NCBI GenBank assembly: GCA_031418775.1
Contig: JANOJN010000272.1
Span: 7,858-71,857 of the forward strand
Length of the DNA stretch: 64,000 nt
Direction: 5' to 3'
Source: Acidimicrobiia bacterium
GTDB taxonomy: Bacteria > Actinomycetota > Acidimicrobiia > Acidimicrobiales > JANYDT01
In this document: in pieces, positions 45,341 through 55,536 of the stretch
Layout: each line of letters opens with the position of its first letter
How positions within the stretch are numbered: position 1 is the stretch's first letter
Translations under genes and position numbers: made by a program
Notes under the pieces: generated by a model
The model's database searches: none
What the model saw: only the letters and a program-made list of their open reading frames with translations
What the model was told of the DNA's origin: nothing

Positions 45341-47689
45341 ATGGCCCTGTCACGAATCGGGGGGAACTCTCCCGGCCGGCGCGGAGACATCCAAGCAAAA
45401 GGCACCCGGGCCAGAGGAGTGCAGCGACCACCGGTCACCCGGTCGAACCGTCGCGGGCCGACCACGAAGGCCGATCCGACGATCGGCGGTGTCTCGGCGG
45501 TCGATCGTCGTCGTTCGCGGCGCCGGCTGGTCGGACTGAACAGCTGCGGAATCCTTCTTGTGGTCGCCATGATGGGGCGATCCGCCCAGCTGCAGATCGT
45601 GCAGCGAGACGTCCTCGCCGAACGCGGTGACCGTCAGCGACTCCGCGAGACGACGATCCGCGCCGAACGCGGCGACATTCTCGATCGGTTCGGTGCGCCA
45701 CTCGCCATGAGCGTGCGCGACTGGCGACTGATCGCCGATCCGCAACTCGTCGCGAGTCCGGCGGTGACCGCCGACCTTCTTATGGCTCAGCTTCCACCGC
45801 ACGCAGTCGATCGCCCCTGGCTCGTCAGCAAGCTCAGCGAACCCACCCGCTACGCGATCCTGGTCAACGGAGTCGACGACGACCTCAAGGCGAAGGTCGA
45901 AGCGGCAAAGATCAAGGGCGTCTACTTCGCCGAACGCTTCCGCCGCGAGAACCCGGCGTCCGATCTTGCCCGTTCCATCGTCGGACGAGTCGATACCGAA
46001 CAACGAGGGACCTCTGGTCTGGAGAAGATGCTCGAGGACGAGCTCACCGGACGTGACGGGGAACTCATAAGTGAACGTAGCGAGCGGGGATCGCAGATCC
46101 CCGGAGGCAAGCGGACGCTGCGTCCCGCCGTGTCCGGTCGGACGTTCGTGACGACAATTGACCGGTCGCTTCAGTATGCGGTCGACGGAATGAACTCGAA
46201 AGGCATCGCCGACTCCGGTGCGAGGGGCGGCATCGTGATCGTCTCCGATGTGAAGACCGGCGAGATCCTCGCGCTCTCGAACATGGAGGTCGCCGATGAC
46301 GGCGGTGTCCGCTCCACGGGGCGAAACACCGCGCTCGTGTCGGTCTATGAGCCGGGCTCGGTGAACAAGGTCATCACCATGGCAGCCGCGATCGAGGAGC
46401 GGGTCGTCACGCCGCAGACGGCGCTGATCGTTCCCGACCTTTACCGGGTCGGTAACCATCGTTTCAAAGACGACGTGGGACACAAGACGATGCGATGGAC
46501 GATTCGCGACGTGCTCGTGAACTCGTCGAACGTCGGCACCATCAAGGTCGCCCAGGCACTCACGAAGTCCCGCCTGGACCGGTACCTCCGTGGCTTCGGC
46601 CTCGGTTCGAAGACGGCGATCGACTTCACGGGCGAATCCGCGGGGATCATGCTGCCCCTCAACAAATGGACCTCGACCTCGATCGGCACCGTCCCGATCG
46701 GCCAGGGCATATCGGTGACCGCGGTGCAAATGCTCAGCGTGTACAACACCTTGGCCAACGGTGGCGTGCGAATGCCCATGCGCCTGCTCCGGTCGAGCGT
46801 CGACGATCGTGGTGTGGAGACGCCGATCGCGCTCCGTGAACAACCGGTGACCGTCGTGTCCCCGACGACCGCGGCGACCATGACCTCCATGCTCGTCGAC
46901 GTGGTCGACAAGGGAACGGGGCGCGCCGCACGCGTGAAGGGCTACCGCGTGGCCGGCAAGACCGGGACGGCACAGAAGCCCAACGAACGCAGCCGGGGAT
47001 ATCGCGCCGGAGCCTATGTCGCCAGCTTTGCCGGGTACTTTCCGGCGGAAGCGCCGCGACTCTCCGTCATCGTCGTGCTCGATGAACCGCAGACCTCGAT
47101 CTACGGCGGAGTCGTTGCCGCCCCGCTGTTCGCGGAAGTGGCCCGCTGGGTCGGCCAGCACTACAGGATTCCGCCTTCGGCCGGTTCTCGGGTCGTGCTT
47201 TCGCCCGATCCGTCGACGGTGCTCAGCGCAGAGATGCGCGCAGTCGCCCGGACCGGCAGCTGGCGGTCCGCGACCATTCGCCGGAACGCCCTTCCTGCTG
47301 CGGCGAGCATCGCTGCCCGCCCGTCGGACACGACGGTCCCGTCAGCGACTGTTCTCCCGTCGACACGCCGCGAGCCCGCCGCATCCACCGCCGTCCCCGT
47401 AGCCGGCGTGGTGCCCTCGAGCACCGCTCCGTCGACGACGCCAGCACCGACGGTTGTCCCCGCCGCGTCGGCCCCTGCCACGACAACCGCCCCTCGCCCG
47501 ACCGCACCTGACCTCGCGCGCCGCGAGCCGGAGCGCCCACGCGCCACCGTCGCTCCGACGGCTCCTCCCTCATCGGCCACGGTCACGGCAGCAGGCGCGC
47601 AGACCTCCGATGCCTCCTCGACTCAGGCGAACGCCGTCGTCGCGACGGGCGGCGGAGTCGTCTCGAGCGTGGACGCCCCGAACCCGTAA
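45341..47689 (+). CDS. ftsI: Class B PBP (FtsI/PBP3) with Pro/Thr/Ala-rich C-terminal tail
   Basis: RGDILDR, YEPGSVNK (SxxK), SSNVG (SxN), AGKTGTAQK. Confidence 0.92.
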   Translation: MALSRIGGNSPGRRGDIQAKGTRARGVQRPPVTRSNRRGPTTKADPTIGGVSAVDRRRSRRRLVGLNSCGILLVVAMMGRSAQLQIVQRDVLAERGDRQRLRETTIRAERGDILDRFGAPLAMSVRDWRLIADPQLVASPAVTADLLMAQLPPHAVDRPWLVSKLSEPTRYAILVNGVDDDLKAKVEAAKIKGVYFAERFRRENPASDLARSIVGRVDTEQRGTSGLEKMLEDELTGRDGELISERSERGSQIPGGKRTLRPAVSGRTFVTTIDRSLQYAVDGMNSKGIADSGARGGIVIVSDVKTGEILALSNMEVADDGGVRSTGRNTALVSVYEPGSVNKVITMAAAIEERVVTPQTALIVPDLYRVGNHRFKDDVGHKTMRWTIRDVLVNSSNVGTIKVAQALTKSRLDRYLRGFGLGSKTAIDFTGESAGIMLPLNKWTSTSIGTVPIGQGISVTAVQMLSVYNTLANGGVRMPMRLLRSSVDDRGVETPIALREQPVTVVSPTTAATMTSMLVDVVDKGTGRAARVKGYRVAGKTGTAQKPNERSRGYRAGAYVASFAGYFPAEAPRLSVIVVLDEPQTSIYGGVVAAPLFAEVARWVGQHYRIPPSAGSRVVLSPDPSTVLSAEMRAVARTGSWRSATIRRNALPAAASIAARPSDTTVPSATVLPSTRREPAASTAVPVAGVVPSSTAPSTTPAPTVVPAASAPATTTAPRPTAPDLARREPERPRATVAPTAPPSSATVTAAGAQTSDASSTQANAVVATGGGVVSSVDAPNP

Positions 47690-47697
47690 GCGCACCT

Positions 47698-49149
47698 ATG
47701 TCGGTCTCTCTCGCATCCATCGTTGCCGAACTCGAACGCCGACTGCCTCGGTCGGCGGCCGAGGTCGTCCTCGGAGGTCCGTCCGACGACAGAGCAACAG
47801 AGATCGCCGACGTCACGCACGACTCGCATGAGGTGTCCGGCCTGCCGTCACCGATGTTCTGCTGCGTGCCGGGCCTTCGGCGTGACGGCCACGACTTCGC
47901 CGGCGATGCGGTCGCGGATGGCGCAGTCGCACTTCTCGTCGAGCGTCCGCTGCGCGTCTCCGTCCCACAACTTCAGGTCCGCGACGCGCGCGAGGCCATG
48001 GGTCATGTCGCCTCGATCGTGCACGGTGATCCGGCGTCCTCACTCGACTTGGTCGGCATCACCGGAACGAACGGAAAGACGACGACGGCGCATCTTCTCG
48101 GCGGAGTCCTCCGGGCGGACGGACGACACGTCGCGGTCCTCGGGACGCTCACGCAGACGCGCACGACTCCGGAGGCGACGGACCTGCACCGACGCCTCGC
48201 CGCGCTCCGATCGGAAGGTGTCACCGATGTGGTGATGGAAGTGACTTCACATGCGATGGAACTCCATCGGGTCGCCGGTTGTCATTTCAAGGTTGCTGCG
48301 TTCACCAACCTCTCACAGGACCATCTGGATTTCCATGGGACGATGGAGGCCTATTTTCGGGCGAAGGCGAAGCTGTTCGTGCCTGAATACAGCGATCATG
48401 CATTCGTTAACCTCGATGATTTGTACGGATCTCTGCTCAACGACTCCGCCATCATTCCGACTTCCGGGGTACGGCTGACCGACGCCGAGGACTTGGTCCT
48501 CCGGCCGAACGGCAGCACCTTCCGCTGGCGGGGCGTGGAGATCGCGCTGCCGATGGCCGGCGACTTCAACGTCCGCAACGCGGTCTTGGTGGCAGCCGTG
48601 GCAAAACACGTCGGCGCCGATGATGCGGCACTGGTCAGCGGCCTGTCATCGGCTGCCGTCCCGGGCCGTTACGAGATGATCGACGGAGGTCAGCCATTTG
48701 CCGTGGTCGTCGACTACGCCCACACCCCCGATGGTCTCGTACGGGTGCTCCAAGCCGCCCGCCGGACCGTGCAGCCGCCGGGCGCGGTGATCGCCGTGTT
48801 CGGGTGCGGCGGCGACCGGGACCGCGGCAAGCGGCCGATGATGGGGCAGGCTGCGGTGGCGAACGCCGATCGGGTGATCGTCACCACGGACAACCCGCGT
48901 TCCGAATCACCGACCGCGATCATCGGCGAGATCCTCGCCGGCATCAGTCTCACGGACAACGTGCAGGTCATCGAGGATCGCTGGGAGGCTGTCGCAACCG
49001 CGATCGCCATGGCCCGACCGGGCGATGTGGTGGTCATCGCCGGGAAGGGCCACGAGACGGGCCAGGAGCGCGATGGTGTGATCACGCCGTTCGATGACCG
49101 AGAGGTTGCCCGGGAGGCGTTGCAGGCGATCTCCGGGAGGACACGATGA
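47698..49149 (+). CDS. murE: UDP-MurNAc-dipeptide--DAP ligase
   Basis: GITGTNGKTT, TTPE, MEVTSH, FTNLSQDHLDFH, VDYAHTPDG, DNPRSE (m-DAP motif), IAGKGHE. Confidence 0.96.
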   Translation: MSVSLASIVAELERRLPRSAAEVVLGGPSDDRATEIADVTHDSHEVSGLPSPMFCCVPGLRRDGHDFAGDAVADGAVALLVERPLRVSVPQLQVRDAREAMGHVASIVHGDPASSLDLVGITGTNGKTTTAHLLGGVLRADGRHVAVLGTLTQTRTTPEATDLHRRLAALRSEGVTDVVMEVTSHAMELHRVAGCHFKVAAFTNLSQDHLDFHGTMEAYFRAKAKLFVPEYSDHAFVNLDDLYGSLLNDSAIIPTSGVRLTDAEDLVLRPNGSTFRWRGVEIALPMAGDFNVRNAVLVAAVAKHVGADDAALVSGLSSAAVPGRYEMIDGGQPFAVVVDYAHTPDGLVRVLQAARRTVQPPGAVIAVFGCGGDRDRGKRPMMGQAAVANADRVIVTTDNPRSESPTAIIGEILAGISLTDNVQVIEDRWEAVATAIAMARPGDVVVIAGKGHETGQERDGVITPFDDREVAREALQAISGRTR

Positions 49150-50516
49150 CCACAGACGGGCGGCCAGTTCCGAAGACCCGTGCGGCGTCCGCCATTGCCG
49201 CGGCGGCGCAGGGACAACTGGTCGGTCCGGACTGCGACGTGTCCGGGGTGTATACCGACAGTCGCATCGCCCGAGCGGGGTCCCTGTTCGTTCCGCTCGT
49301 CGACCAGCGCGACGGACATGACTTCATCGGGGCGGCGCGAAGAGCAGGAGTCGTTGCGTGGTTCACGTCCAAACCCGAGGGCACGCCGGGCGAGATCGTC
49401 GTGGAAGACACCGCTGCCGCCCTGACGGCATTCGGACGTGCCGCCCGCCAGGAGCTTCCCGAAAGAGTCATCGCGGTCACCGGTTCTTCAGGGAAGACTT
49501 CGACCAAGGATCTACTTTCGGCCATCTTCCGACAAGAAGGTCCGGTGGCAGCCAGTGAGAAATCGTTCAATAACGAGATCGGCGTGCCGCTGACACTAAC
49601 CAATGCGCCCGAAGGGGCAGTAGGTGCCATCATCGAAATGGGGGCCCGCGGGCTCGGTCACATTGCCACGCTCTGCGCGATTGCACAGCCTACGGTAGGA
49701 ATCATCGTGAACATCGGGACCGCGCATCGAGAGCTTTTCGGCAGCGCGGAAGGGACGGCCGACGCGAAGTCGGAGATCTACGACTGCATCGGTCCTACGG
49801 GCGCCTCGGTCGTGAATCGCGACGACGCCCTCTTCGAACGGATGCGAGCCCGCGCCCGCGGGCGCGTCGTCGCATTCTCGGCGAGTGGACATCGCGACGC
49901 GCTCGTCGTGGCCGACGAGGTCTCCGTCGACGACGAGGTCCGGGCGCGTTTTGTGCTCCGAACGGCTTGGGGTGAGATGTCAGTCCGCCTCGGTGCCCGG
50001 GGGGTCCACCAGGTCGAGAACGCGCTCGCCGCATCGGCGGCGGCGCTTGTCAGCGGCGTCACTCTCGAGCACGTCGCCGCCGGACTCGAGACCACCGATC
50101 TCTCGCCGATGCGTATGGACCTGCAGACCGGCGACAGCGGTGTCCGCGTGCTGAACGACGCGTACAACGCCAATCCGTCATCGATGCGCGCCGCCCTGGT
50201 CGCGCTCTCGCAGATGCCCGCGACCCGACGCTTCGCCGTGCTCGGAACCATGGCTGAGCTGGGACGCGGGAAGCTTGCCTTCCACTTGGAGATCGGGGCT
50301 CTCGCCCGTGATCTCGGCATCACATTCGCCGTCGCCCTCGGCGAACAGGACTACGGACTGGTGAACGTGGTGTCGGTCGACGAGGTCGCCGAAGCCCTCG
50401 GACCACTCGGCGAAGGCGACGTCGTTCTCGTGAAGGGGAGTCGCGTCGCCGGGCTCGAGCGCGTCGCCGAGGCGCTGCTCTCCAGCGGTGGGAACGCCAA
50501 AGGGGCGTACCCGTGA
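49146..50516 (+). CDS. murF: UDP-MurNAc-tripeptide--D-Ala-D-Ala ligase
   Basis: TGSSGKTSTK, SFNNEIGVP, IEMGA, NDAYNANPSSM, LGTMAELG, VKGSR. Confidence 0.95.
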   Translation: MTTDGRPVPKTRAASAIAAAAQGQLVGPDCDVSGVYTDSRIARAGSLFVPLVDQRDGHDFIGAARRAGVVAWFTSKPEGTPGEIVVEDTAAALTAFGRAARQELPERVIAVTGSSGKTSTKDLLSAIFRQEGPVAASEKSFNNEIGVPLTLTNAPEGAVGAIIEMGARGLGHIATLCAIAQPTVGIIVNIGTAHRELFGSAEGTADAKSEIYDCIGPTGASVVNRDDALFERMRARARGRVVAFSASGHRDALVVADEVSVDDEVRARFVLRTAWGEMSVRLGARGVHQVENALAASAAALVSGVTLEHVAAGLETTDLSPMRMDLQTGDSGVRVLNDAYNANPSSMRAALVALSQMPATRRFAVLGTMAELGRGKLAFHLEIGALARDLGITFAVALGEQDYGLVNVVSVDEVAEALGPLGEGDVVLVKGSRVAGLERVAEALLSSGGNAKGAYP

Positions 50517-51550
50517 TCGCGCTGCTCGTTGCCGGCATCATCTCGTTCTTCACGTCACTGCTCGGGATGCCTTTGCTGATTCGTTGGCTCGCTGCGAACG
50601 GCATCGGCCAACCTATCCGGACCGACGGCCCGCAGACCCACCTGAAGAAGACCGGCACGCCGACTATGGGCGGCATCGCCATCGTCATCGCCGCCGTCGC
50701 CGGTTACATCGTGCCCCATCTCGTGACGACGCTGCCGTTCAGCCGGCGGGGCCTTCTCGTCGTCTTCGCCTTCGTGGGAGCCGCCCTCGTCGGCCTGGCC
50801 GACGACTGGATCAAGATCAGTCGCAAACGCAGCCTCGGGTTGAACAAGCGCGCCAAGATCGTCGGTCAGTTCCTCGTCGCCGGCATCTTCGCCGCTCTGG
50901 CGATCTCGTGGGCGAAGCTCGATCCGGTGCTCGGGTTCACCCGGCCGCAACGGCCCGGGTGGCTGCTCCCGACGGTGCTCTGGGTCGTCGTGATGATGTT
51001 CGTGGTGATCGGCTGTTCCAACGCCGTGAACCTCACCGACGGACTCGACGGGCTCGCCGCCGGAAGTTCGGTCTACGCCTTCGGCGCCTACACCGTGATG
51101 GCGTTCTGGATGTTCCGCAACTTCGGCGACTATCGAATCGACAACGCGCTCGACGTCTCCGTGGTCGCTGCGTCGATGGTCGGCGCGTGTGCCGGGTTCC
51201 TCTGGTGGAATGCGGCGCCCGCACGCATCTTCATGGGCGACGTCGGCTCACTCGCCATCGGTTCGGCGCTCGGTGCGATCGCCGTGGTGACCTACACGCC
51301 GCTGCTCCTGCCGATCATCGGAGGGCTTTTCGTGATGGAGACACTCTCGGTCATGCTTCAGGTCTTCACGTTCCGCCTCATGGGCGGGCGGCGGATCTTC
51401 CGGATGGCGCCGATCCATCACCACTTCGAGCTCAAGGGCTGGCCGGAGACGACGGTGATCATCAGGTTCTGGATCCTGGCCATGATCGCCGCGGCCGTCG
51501 GGCTGGGTCTGTTCTACGCCGACTTCCTCCGCCTCGGCGGCCTTGGCTGA
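50513..51550 (+). CDS. mraY: Phospho-MurNAc-pentapeptide transferase
   Basis: KTGTPTMGG, ADDWIK, NAVNLTDGLDGLA, FMGDVGS, MAPIHHHFE. Confidence 0.97.
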   Translation: MIALLVAGIISFFTSLLGMPLLIRWLAANGIGQPIRTDGPQTHLKKTGTPTMGGIAIVIAAVAGYIVPHLVTTLPFSRRGLLVVFAFVGAALVGLADDWIKISRKRSLGLNKRAKIVGQFLVAGIFAALAISWAKLDPVLGFTRPQRPGWLLPTVLWVVVMMFVVIGCSNAVNLTDGLDGLAAGSSVYAFGAYTVMAFWMFRNFGDYRIDNALDVSVVAASMVGACAGFLWWNAAPARIFMGDVGSLAIGSALGAIAVVTYTPLLLPIIGGLFVMETLSVMLQVFTFRLMGGRRIFRMAPIHHHFELKGWPETTVIIRFWILAMIAAAVGLGLFYADFLRLGGLG

Positions 51551-51605
51551 CCATGCATGTTCCTTCCACTTCAGCGACTTCCACCGGACCGGAAAGCGAC
51601 ACCCG

Positions 51606-52961
51606 ATGACCCGAGCTTTCGTCCCTCCCCTCCGGCGACGCGCACCCCAGCGCGTTCGTTCCGGTGCCACCGGTGCGGCGCGCCGCGTCGGACCGGATGT
51701 TCCGGCGATGCGGTCGACCGCCCAGACAGGATGGACGCCAGCGGCGCTCGGCCTCGTCGTCTTGGTGGTCCTGCTCATCGCCACGGGTCTGGTGTTCGTC
51801 GCGTCCGCATCGTCGATCCACTCGCTGACGGTCTACAAGGATCCGTGGTACGTCTTCCGCCGCCAGATGTTGTGGATCGCCATGGGGCTCGCCGCCGGTC
51901 TCGTCGCGATCTTCTTCCCGTACACCGCCTGGCGTCGGCTCGCCAAGCCCATGTTCGCGGTGTCGGTGCTCGCCACCCTCGTGACCCTCACGCCGCTCGG
52001 GCACACGCGCGGCGGCTCGCGTCGCTGGGTCGGTCCGGAGTCGATTGCCGTCCAGCCCACGGAACTGCTCAAGCTCTCCCTCGCGTTCGCGCTTGCCTCG
52101 TTCGTGTGCGCCAGGAGCCATCACCTCGCCGAGCCTGACCACGTCAGGCATTACTTCCTGCGTCCGTTCCTCGTGATCTCGGGAATCGCGATCGTGCCCG
52201 TCCTGCTCCAGCCGGACATGGGAACAGCCATGATCCTGGTACTGATCTGCGCCACGATGGCGGTCGCGTCCGGCCTTGCCGGAAAGACCCTTCTTCGTCT
52301 CGGTGCGGTCGGAGCCGTGCTCGTCTTCCTGTTTGCGAAGGTCTCACCGTACCGATGGGATCGGGTCGTCGCCTTCCTCAAACCGGGTCACGACCTGCAA
52401 GGCATCGGCTATCACGTGTACCAGTCGAAGCTGGGCTTCGCCTCCGGTGGTCTCGTCGGTCGGGGGATCGGTGCCAGCCGGGCCAAGTGGGGGTTCCTCC
52501 CCAACGCGCACACGGACTTCATCTTTGCGATCATCGGCGAGGAGACGGGGCTGATCGGTGCAGTGGTCGTCCTCGGCCTCTACGGATCGCTGATCTTCGT
52601 CGGCATGCATGTGGCCCGGCGGGCGCGTGACCGATTCGCCTCGCTTGTCGCTGCCGCCATCACCACATGGATCGCGACGCAGGCCGTCATCAACACGGGG
52701 GCCGTGCTCGGTTCGATGCCGGTTACCGGAGTGCCGCTGCCATTCGTCTCGGTCGGCGGATCCTCCTTCATTGTCCTGATGGTCGCGACCGGAGCACTCG
52801 TCAACATCGCCCGGACGGGAATGTTCGATCCCACGACCGATCGGGCGACACGATCGCCGACGGGAACGGCGGGGGTCGGACTCGGCAACCGCCGAATCCC
52901 GAAACTGAGCGCAACCACCCTCAAGGGAGCCCGTCGATCGGCGCCGAGACCTCGACCATGA
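51606..52961 (+). CDS. ftsW: SEDS peptidoglycan polymerase FtsW
   Basis: GSRRW, QPTELLK, LQPDMG, LPNAHTDFIFAIIGEE, GVPLPFVSVGGSS; start uncertain (51543 or 51606). Confidence 0.95.
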   Translation: MTRAFVPPLRRRAPQRVRSGATGAARRVGPDVPAMRSTAQTGWTPAALGLVVLVVLLIATGLVFVASASSIHSLTVYKDPWYVFRRQMLWIAMGLAAGLVAIFFPYTAWRRLAKPMFAVSVLATLVTLTPLGHTRGGSRRWVGPESIAVQPTELLKLSLAFALASFVCARSHHLAEPDHVRHYFLRPFLVISGIAIVPVLLQPDMGTAMILVLICATMAVASGLAGKTLLRLGAVGAVLVFLFAKVSPYRWDRVVAFLKPGHDLQGIGYHVYQSKLGFASGGLVGRGIGASRAKWGFLPNAHTDFIFAIIGEETGLIGAVVVLGLYGSLIFVGMHVARRARDRFASLVAAAITTWIATQAVINTGAVLGSMPVTGVPLPFVSVGGSSFIVLMVATGALVNIARTGMFDPTTDRATRSPTGTAGVGLGNRRIPKLSATTLKGARRSAPRPRP

Positions 52962-54133
52962 CCACAGCCCCCTGGATCATCGTTGCCGGCGGAGGTACCG
53001 CTGGCCACGTGCTCCCGGCCCTGGCCGTGGCCGACACGCTGGTCGCCCGCGGCGTCGACGCCACGAGCATCGTGTTCGTCGGATCGCAACGCGGCGTCGA
53101 GAAGCGACTTGTTCCGGCTGCCGGCTACGCGCTCACCATGCTCTCGGGCCGAGGGCTGCTGCGCTCCTTCGCCCCTCGGGCGGTCCTCACGAATCTCCGC
53201 TCATCGCTCGGGCTCCTCGGGGCGACGCTGAGGACGGTCGTCTCGTTTCTCCGCGCCCGGCCGGCTGTCGTTCTCAGCGTCGGCGGGTATGCCTCGGTGC
53301 CCGCATGCCTCGCCGCCCGACTGACGCGGGTGCCCCTCGTCATCGCCGAGTCCAACGCCCGAGCGGGTCGCAGCGTTCGGGCCTTCTCGAAGTACGCGAA
53401 GGCTGCCGCCGTAGCGTTCCCGACGACCGGCCTTCCCCGGGCCGTCGTGACCGGCAACCCCGTACGCCGCGAGATTCTCGATCTTGCCCGCAAGCCGGCC
53501 GATGTCGCGCGAGCTGACGCCCGAAACGAACTCGGCATCGACTCGGCGACGCAAGTGGTGACCGTCTTCGGTGGCTCGCTCGGAGCCCGTCGGATCAACG
53601 AAACCGTTCTTGCCCTCTGCGACCGCTGGGCAGGGCGCCGGCTCCTGATCCGTCACGTGGTCGGGCCGCGAGATCTCGATTGGGCGCAGGAGCGCCGCAA
53701 CGCGTGGTTGTCGGATCATCCGGAGGCAATGCTCGACTACCAGCAGGTCGCGTACGAGGACCAGATGCCGCGTTGGTACGTGGCCTCCGACGTGATCGTG
53801 TGCCGAGCCGGCGCGACCTCGGTCGCCGACCTTTCGGTTCTCGGGGTTCCGGCCATCCTCGTCCCGCTGCCCGGTGCAGCCGAGGACCACCAGACCGCAA
53901 ACGCGCGTGCCGTCGTCGATGACGGGGCCGCGGTCCTGCTCGCCGATCGGGACCTGGGGGCAGAACGACTGGCCGAAGCGCTCGATCAGTTGCTCCACGA
54001 TCCTGACCGCCGATCGGCGCTCGCTGCCGCGCAACGTCGCCGGAGCCGTCCCGACGCCGGCGACGCCATTGCCCAACTCCTCTTCACCCACGCGGCCCGC
54101 CAGCCTTCACTCGTCGGCCGCTCCCAGGGGTGA
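52958..54133 (+). CDS. murG: Lipid II GlcNAc transferase
   Basis: AGGGTAGH, VTGNPVR, FGGSLGA, RAGATS, HQTANA. Confidence 0.96.
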   Translation: MTTAPWIIVAGGGTAGHVLPALAVADTLVARGVDATSIVFVGSQRGVEKRLVPAAGYALTMLSGRGLLRSFAPRAVLTNLRSSLGLLGATLRTVVSFLRARPAVVLSVGGYASVPACLAARLTRVPLVIAESNARAGRSVRAFSKYAKAAAVAFPTTGLPRAVVTGNPVRREILDLARKPADVARADARNELGIDSATQVVTVFGGSLGARRINETVLALCDRWAGRRLLIRHVVGPRDLDWAQERRNAWLSDHPEAMLDYQQVAYEDQMPRWYVASDVIVCRAGATSVADLSVLGVPAILVPLPGAAEDHQTANARAVVDDGAAVLLADRDLGAERLAEALDQLLHDPDRRSALAAAQRRRSRPDAGDAIAQLLFTHAARQPSLVGRSQG

Positions 54134-55536
54134 CTCAGATGTTCTCCCTCCACCGTCCGGCGCGTGTGCACATCATCGCCGTCGGTGGCGCCGCAATGGG
54201 ACCGATCGCCACCATCCTGCACGCCTGCGGCCATACGGTGAGCGGAAGCGACCAGGCGGAGTCGGCCATGCTCGACACGCTTCGAGAACTCGGTGTGGTC
54301 GTGCATGTCGGCCATCGCGCCGAACATGTCACCGGCGTCGACGTGGTCATCCATTCGGCGGCGATCAAGCCGGGAAACGTGGAACTCGACGCAGCGCTCG
54401 AGGGTGGCGTTCCCTGTCTCAGCCGGGCTGATGCGATGGAGGTGATCTGCGCCGACAAGCGGGTCATCGCGGTGAGCGGGGCACACGGCAAGACGACGAC
54501 CTCCGCAATGCTGGCCACGCTCATGGTCGATGCCGGGGAGGACCCGTCGTTCCTGGTCGGCTCCACCGTCGCCCGTTTCGGCAGCGGGGTGCGCTGGACC
54601 AACTCCTCGGACTGGTTCGTCCTCGAGGCCGACGAGAGCGATGGCTCGTTCCTCCGGGCGAACGCGGAGGCGGTGATCGTCACCAACGCAGATCCGGACC
54701 ATCTCGACTTCTGGGGGACTGAGCAAGCGCTCCTCGACGGCTACGGGCGATTCATCGATTCCGCGGCGATCGCCGTCGTCTGCGTCGAGAACCCCAACTC
54801 GGCGAGTCTCGCCCATGCCTTTTCCGGCGATCATATGCATACCTATGGTTGGGACCCGAATGGAGACTGGAAGATCGGGCACTTCGTACCGGAGCGGCTC
54901 GGCTCCCGTTTCGACGTGATCGAGCCGGACGGCAGCTCGACCGCCGTGGTCATCCACGTGCCCGGCGACCACAACGCGCTCAACGCCACCGCCGCCTTCG
55001 CGCTCCTGCGTCGTCTCGGTCTCGACGCATCGGTGCTGGCCCGCTCCATGGCCGCCTTCGGTGGCGTGTCGCGGCGATTCGAATTCCGCGGCGAAGCGAA
55101 CGGTGTCACCTTCGTCGACGACTACGCACACCTTCCCGCTGAGGTCGCCACGAACGTCGCTAGCGCCGTCAGGGCCAATTGGTCCCGGGTGATCGCCATC
55201 TTCCAACCGCACCGCTACACCCGCGTGAGAGATGTCGGCCGCGAGTTCGGGACATCGTTCGCCGGTGCCGACGTCGTCATCATCTGCGGTCTCTATGCCG
55301 CAGGGCAACAGCCGATCGAAGGGATCTCGGGGAGGACGGTGTTCGACGCCGTCGCCCGAGCACGACCCGACGGTGAGCAGTACTACTGCGAGACCCGGGC
55401 CGAGCTCGCCGATCTGGTCCCGCGGGTCGTGCGGTCCGGTGATCTCGTACTGACCATGAATGCAGGCGATCTCACGACCTTCCCCGACGAGATGCTCTCG
55501 TCGGACTGGGCGACCGGCCGGGCAGGGCATCGATGA
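54130..55536 (+). CDS. murC: UDP-MurNAc--L-Ala ligase
   Basis: AVGGAAM, SGSD, GAHGKTTTSAM, EADESDGSF, DDYAHLP, FQPHRYTR. Confidence 0.96.
   Translation: MTQMFSLHRPARVHIIAVGGAAMGPIATILHACGHTVSGSDQAESAMLDTLRELGVVVHVGHRAEHVTGVDVVIHSAAIKPGNVELDAALEGGVPCLSRADAMEVICADKRVIAVSGAHGKTTTSAMLATLMVDAGEDPSFLVGSTVARFGSGVRWTNSSDWFVLEADESDGSFLRANAEAVIVTNADPDHLDFWGTEQALLDGYGRFIDSAAIAVVCVENPNSASLAHAFSGDHMHTYGWDPNGDWKIGHFVPERLGSRFDVIEPDGSSTAVVIHVPGDHNALNATAAFALLRRLGLDASVLARSMAAFGGVSRRFEFRGEANGVTFVDDYAHLPAEVATNVASAVRANWSRVIAIFQPHRYTRVRDVGREFGTSFAGADVVIICGLYAAGQQPIEGISGRTVFDAVARARPDGEQYYCETRAELADLVPRVVRSGDLVLTMNAGDLTTFPDEMLSSDWATGRAGHR

Noticed and set aside
51551-51609. Short frame MHVPSTSATSTGPESDTR as a murD remnant
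   Set aside because: No MurD-like motif; too short to support homology.
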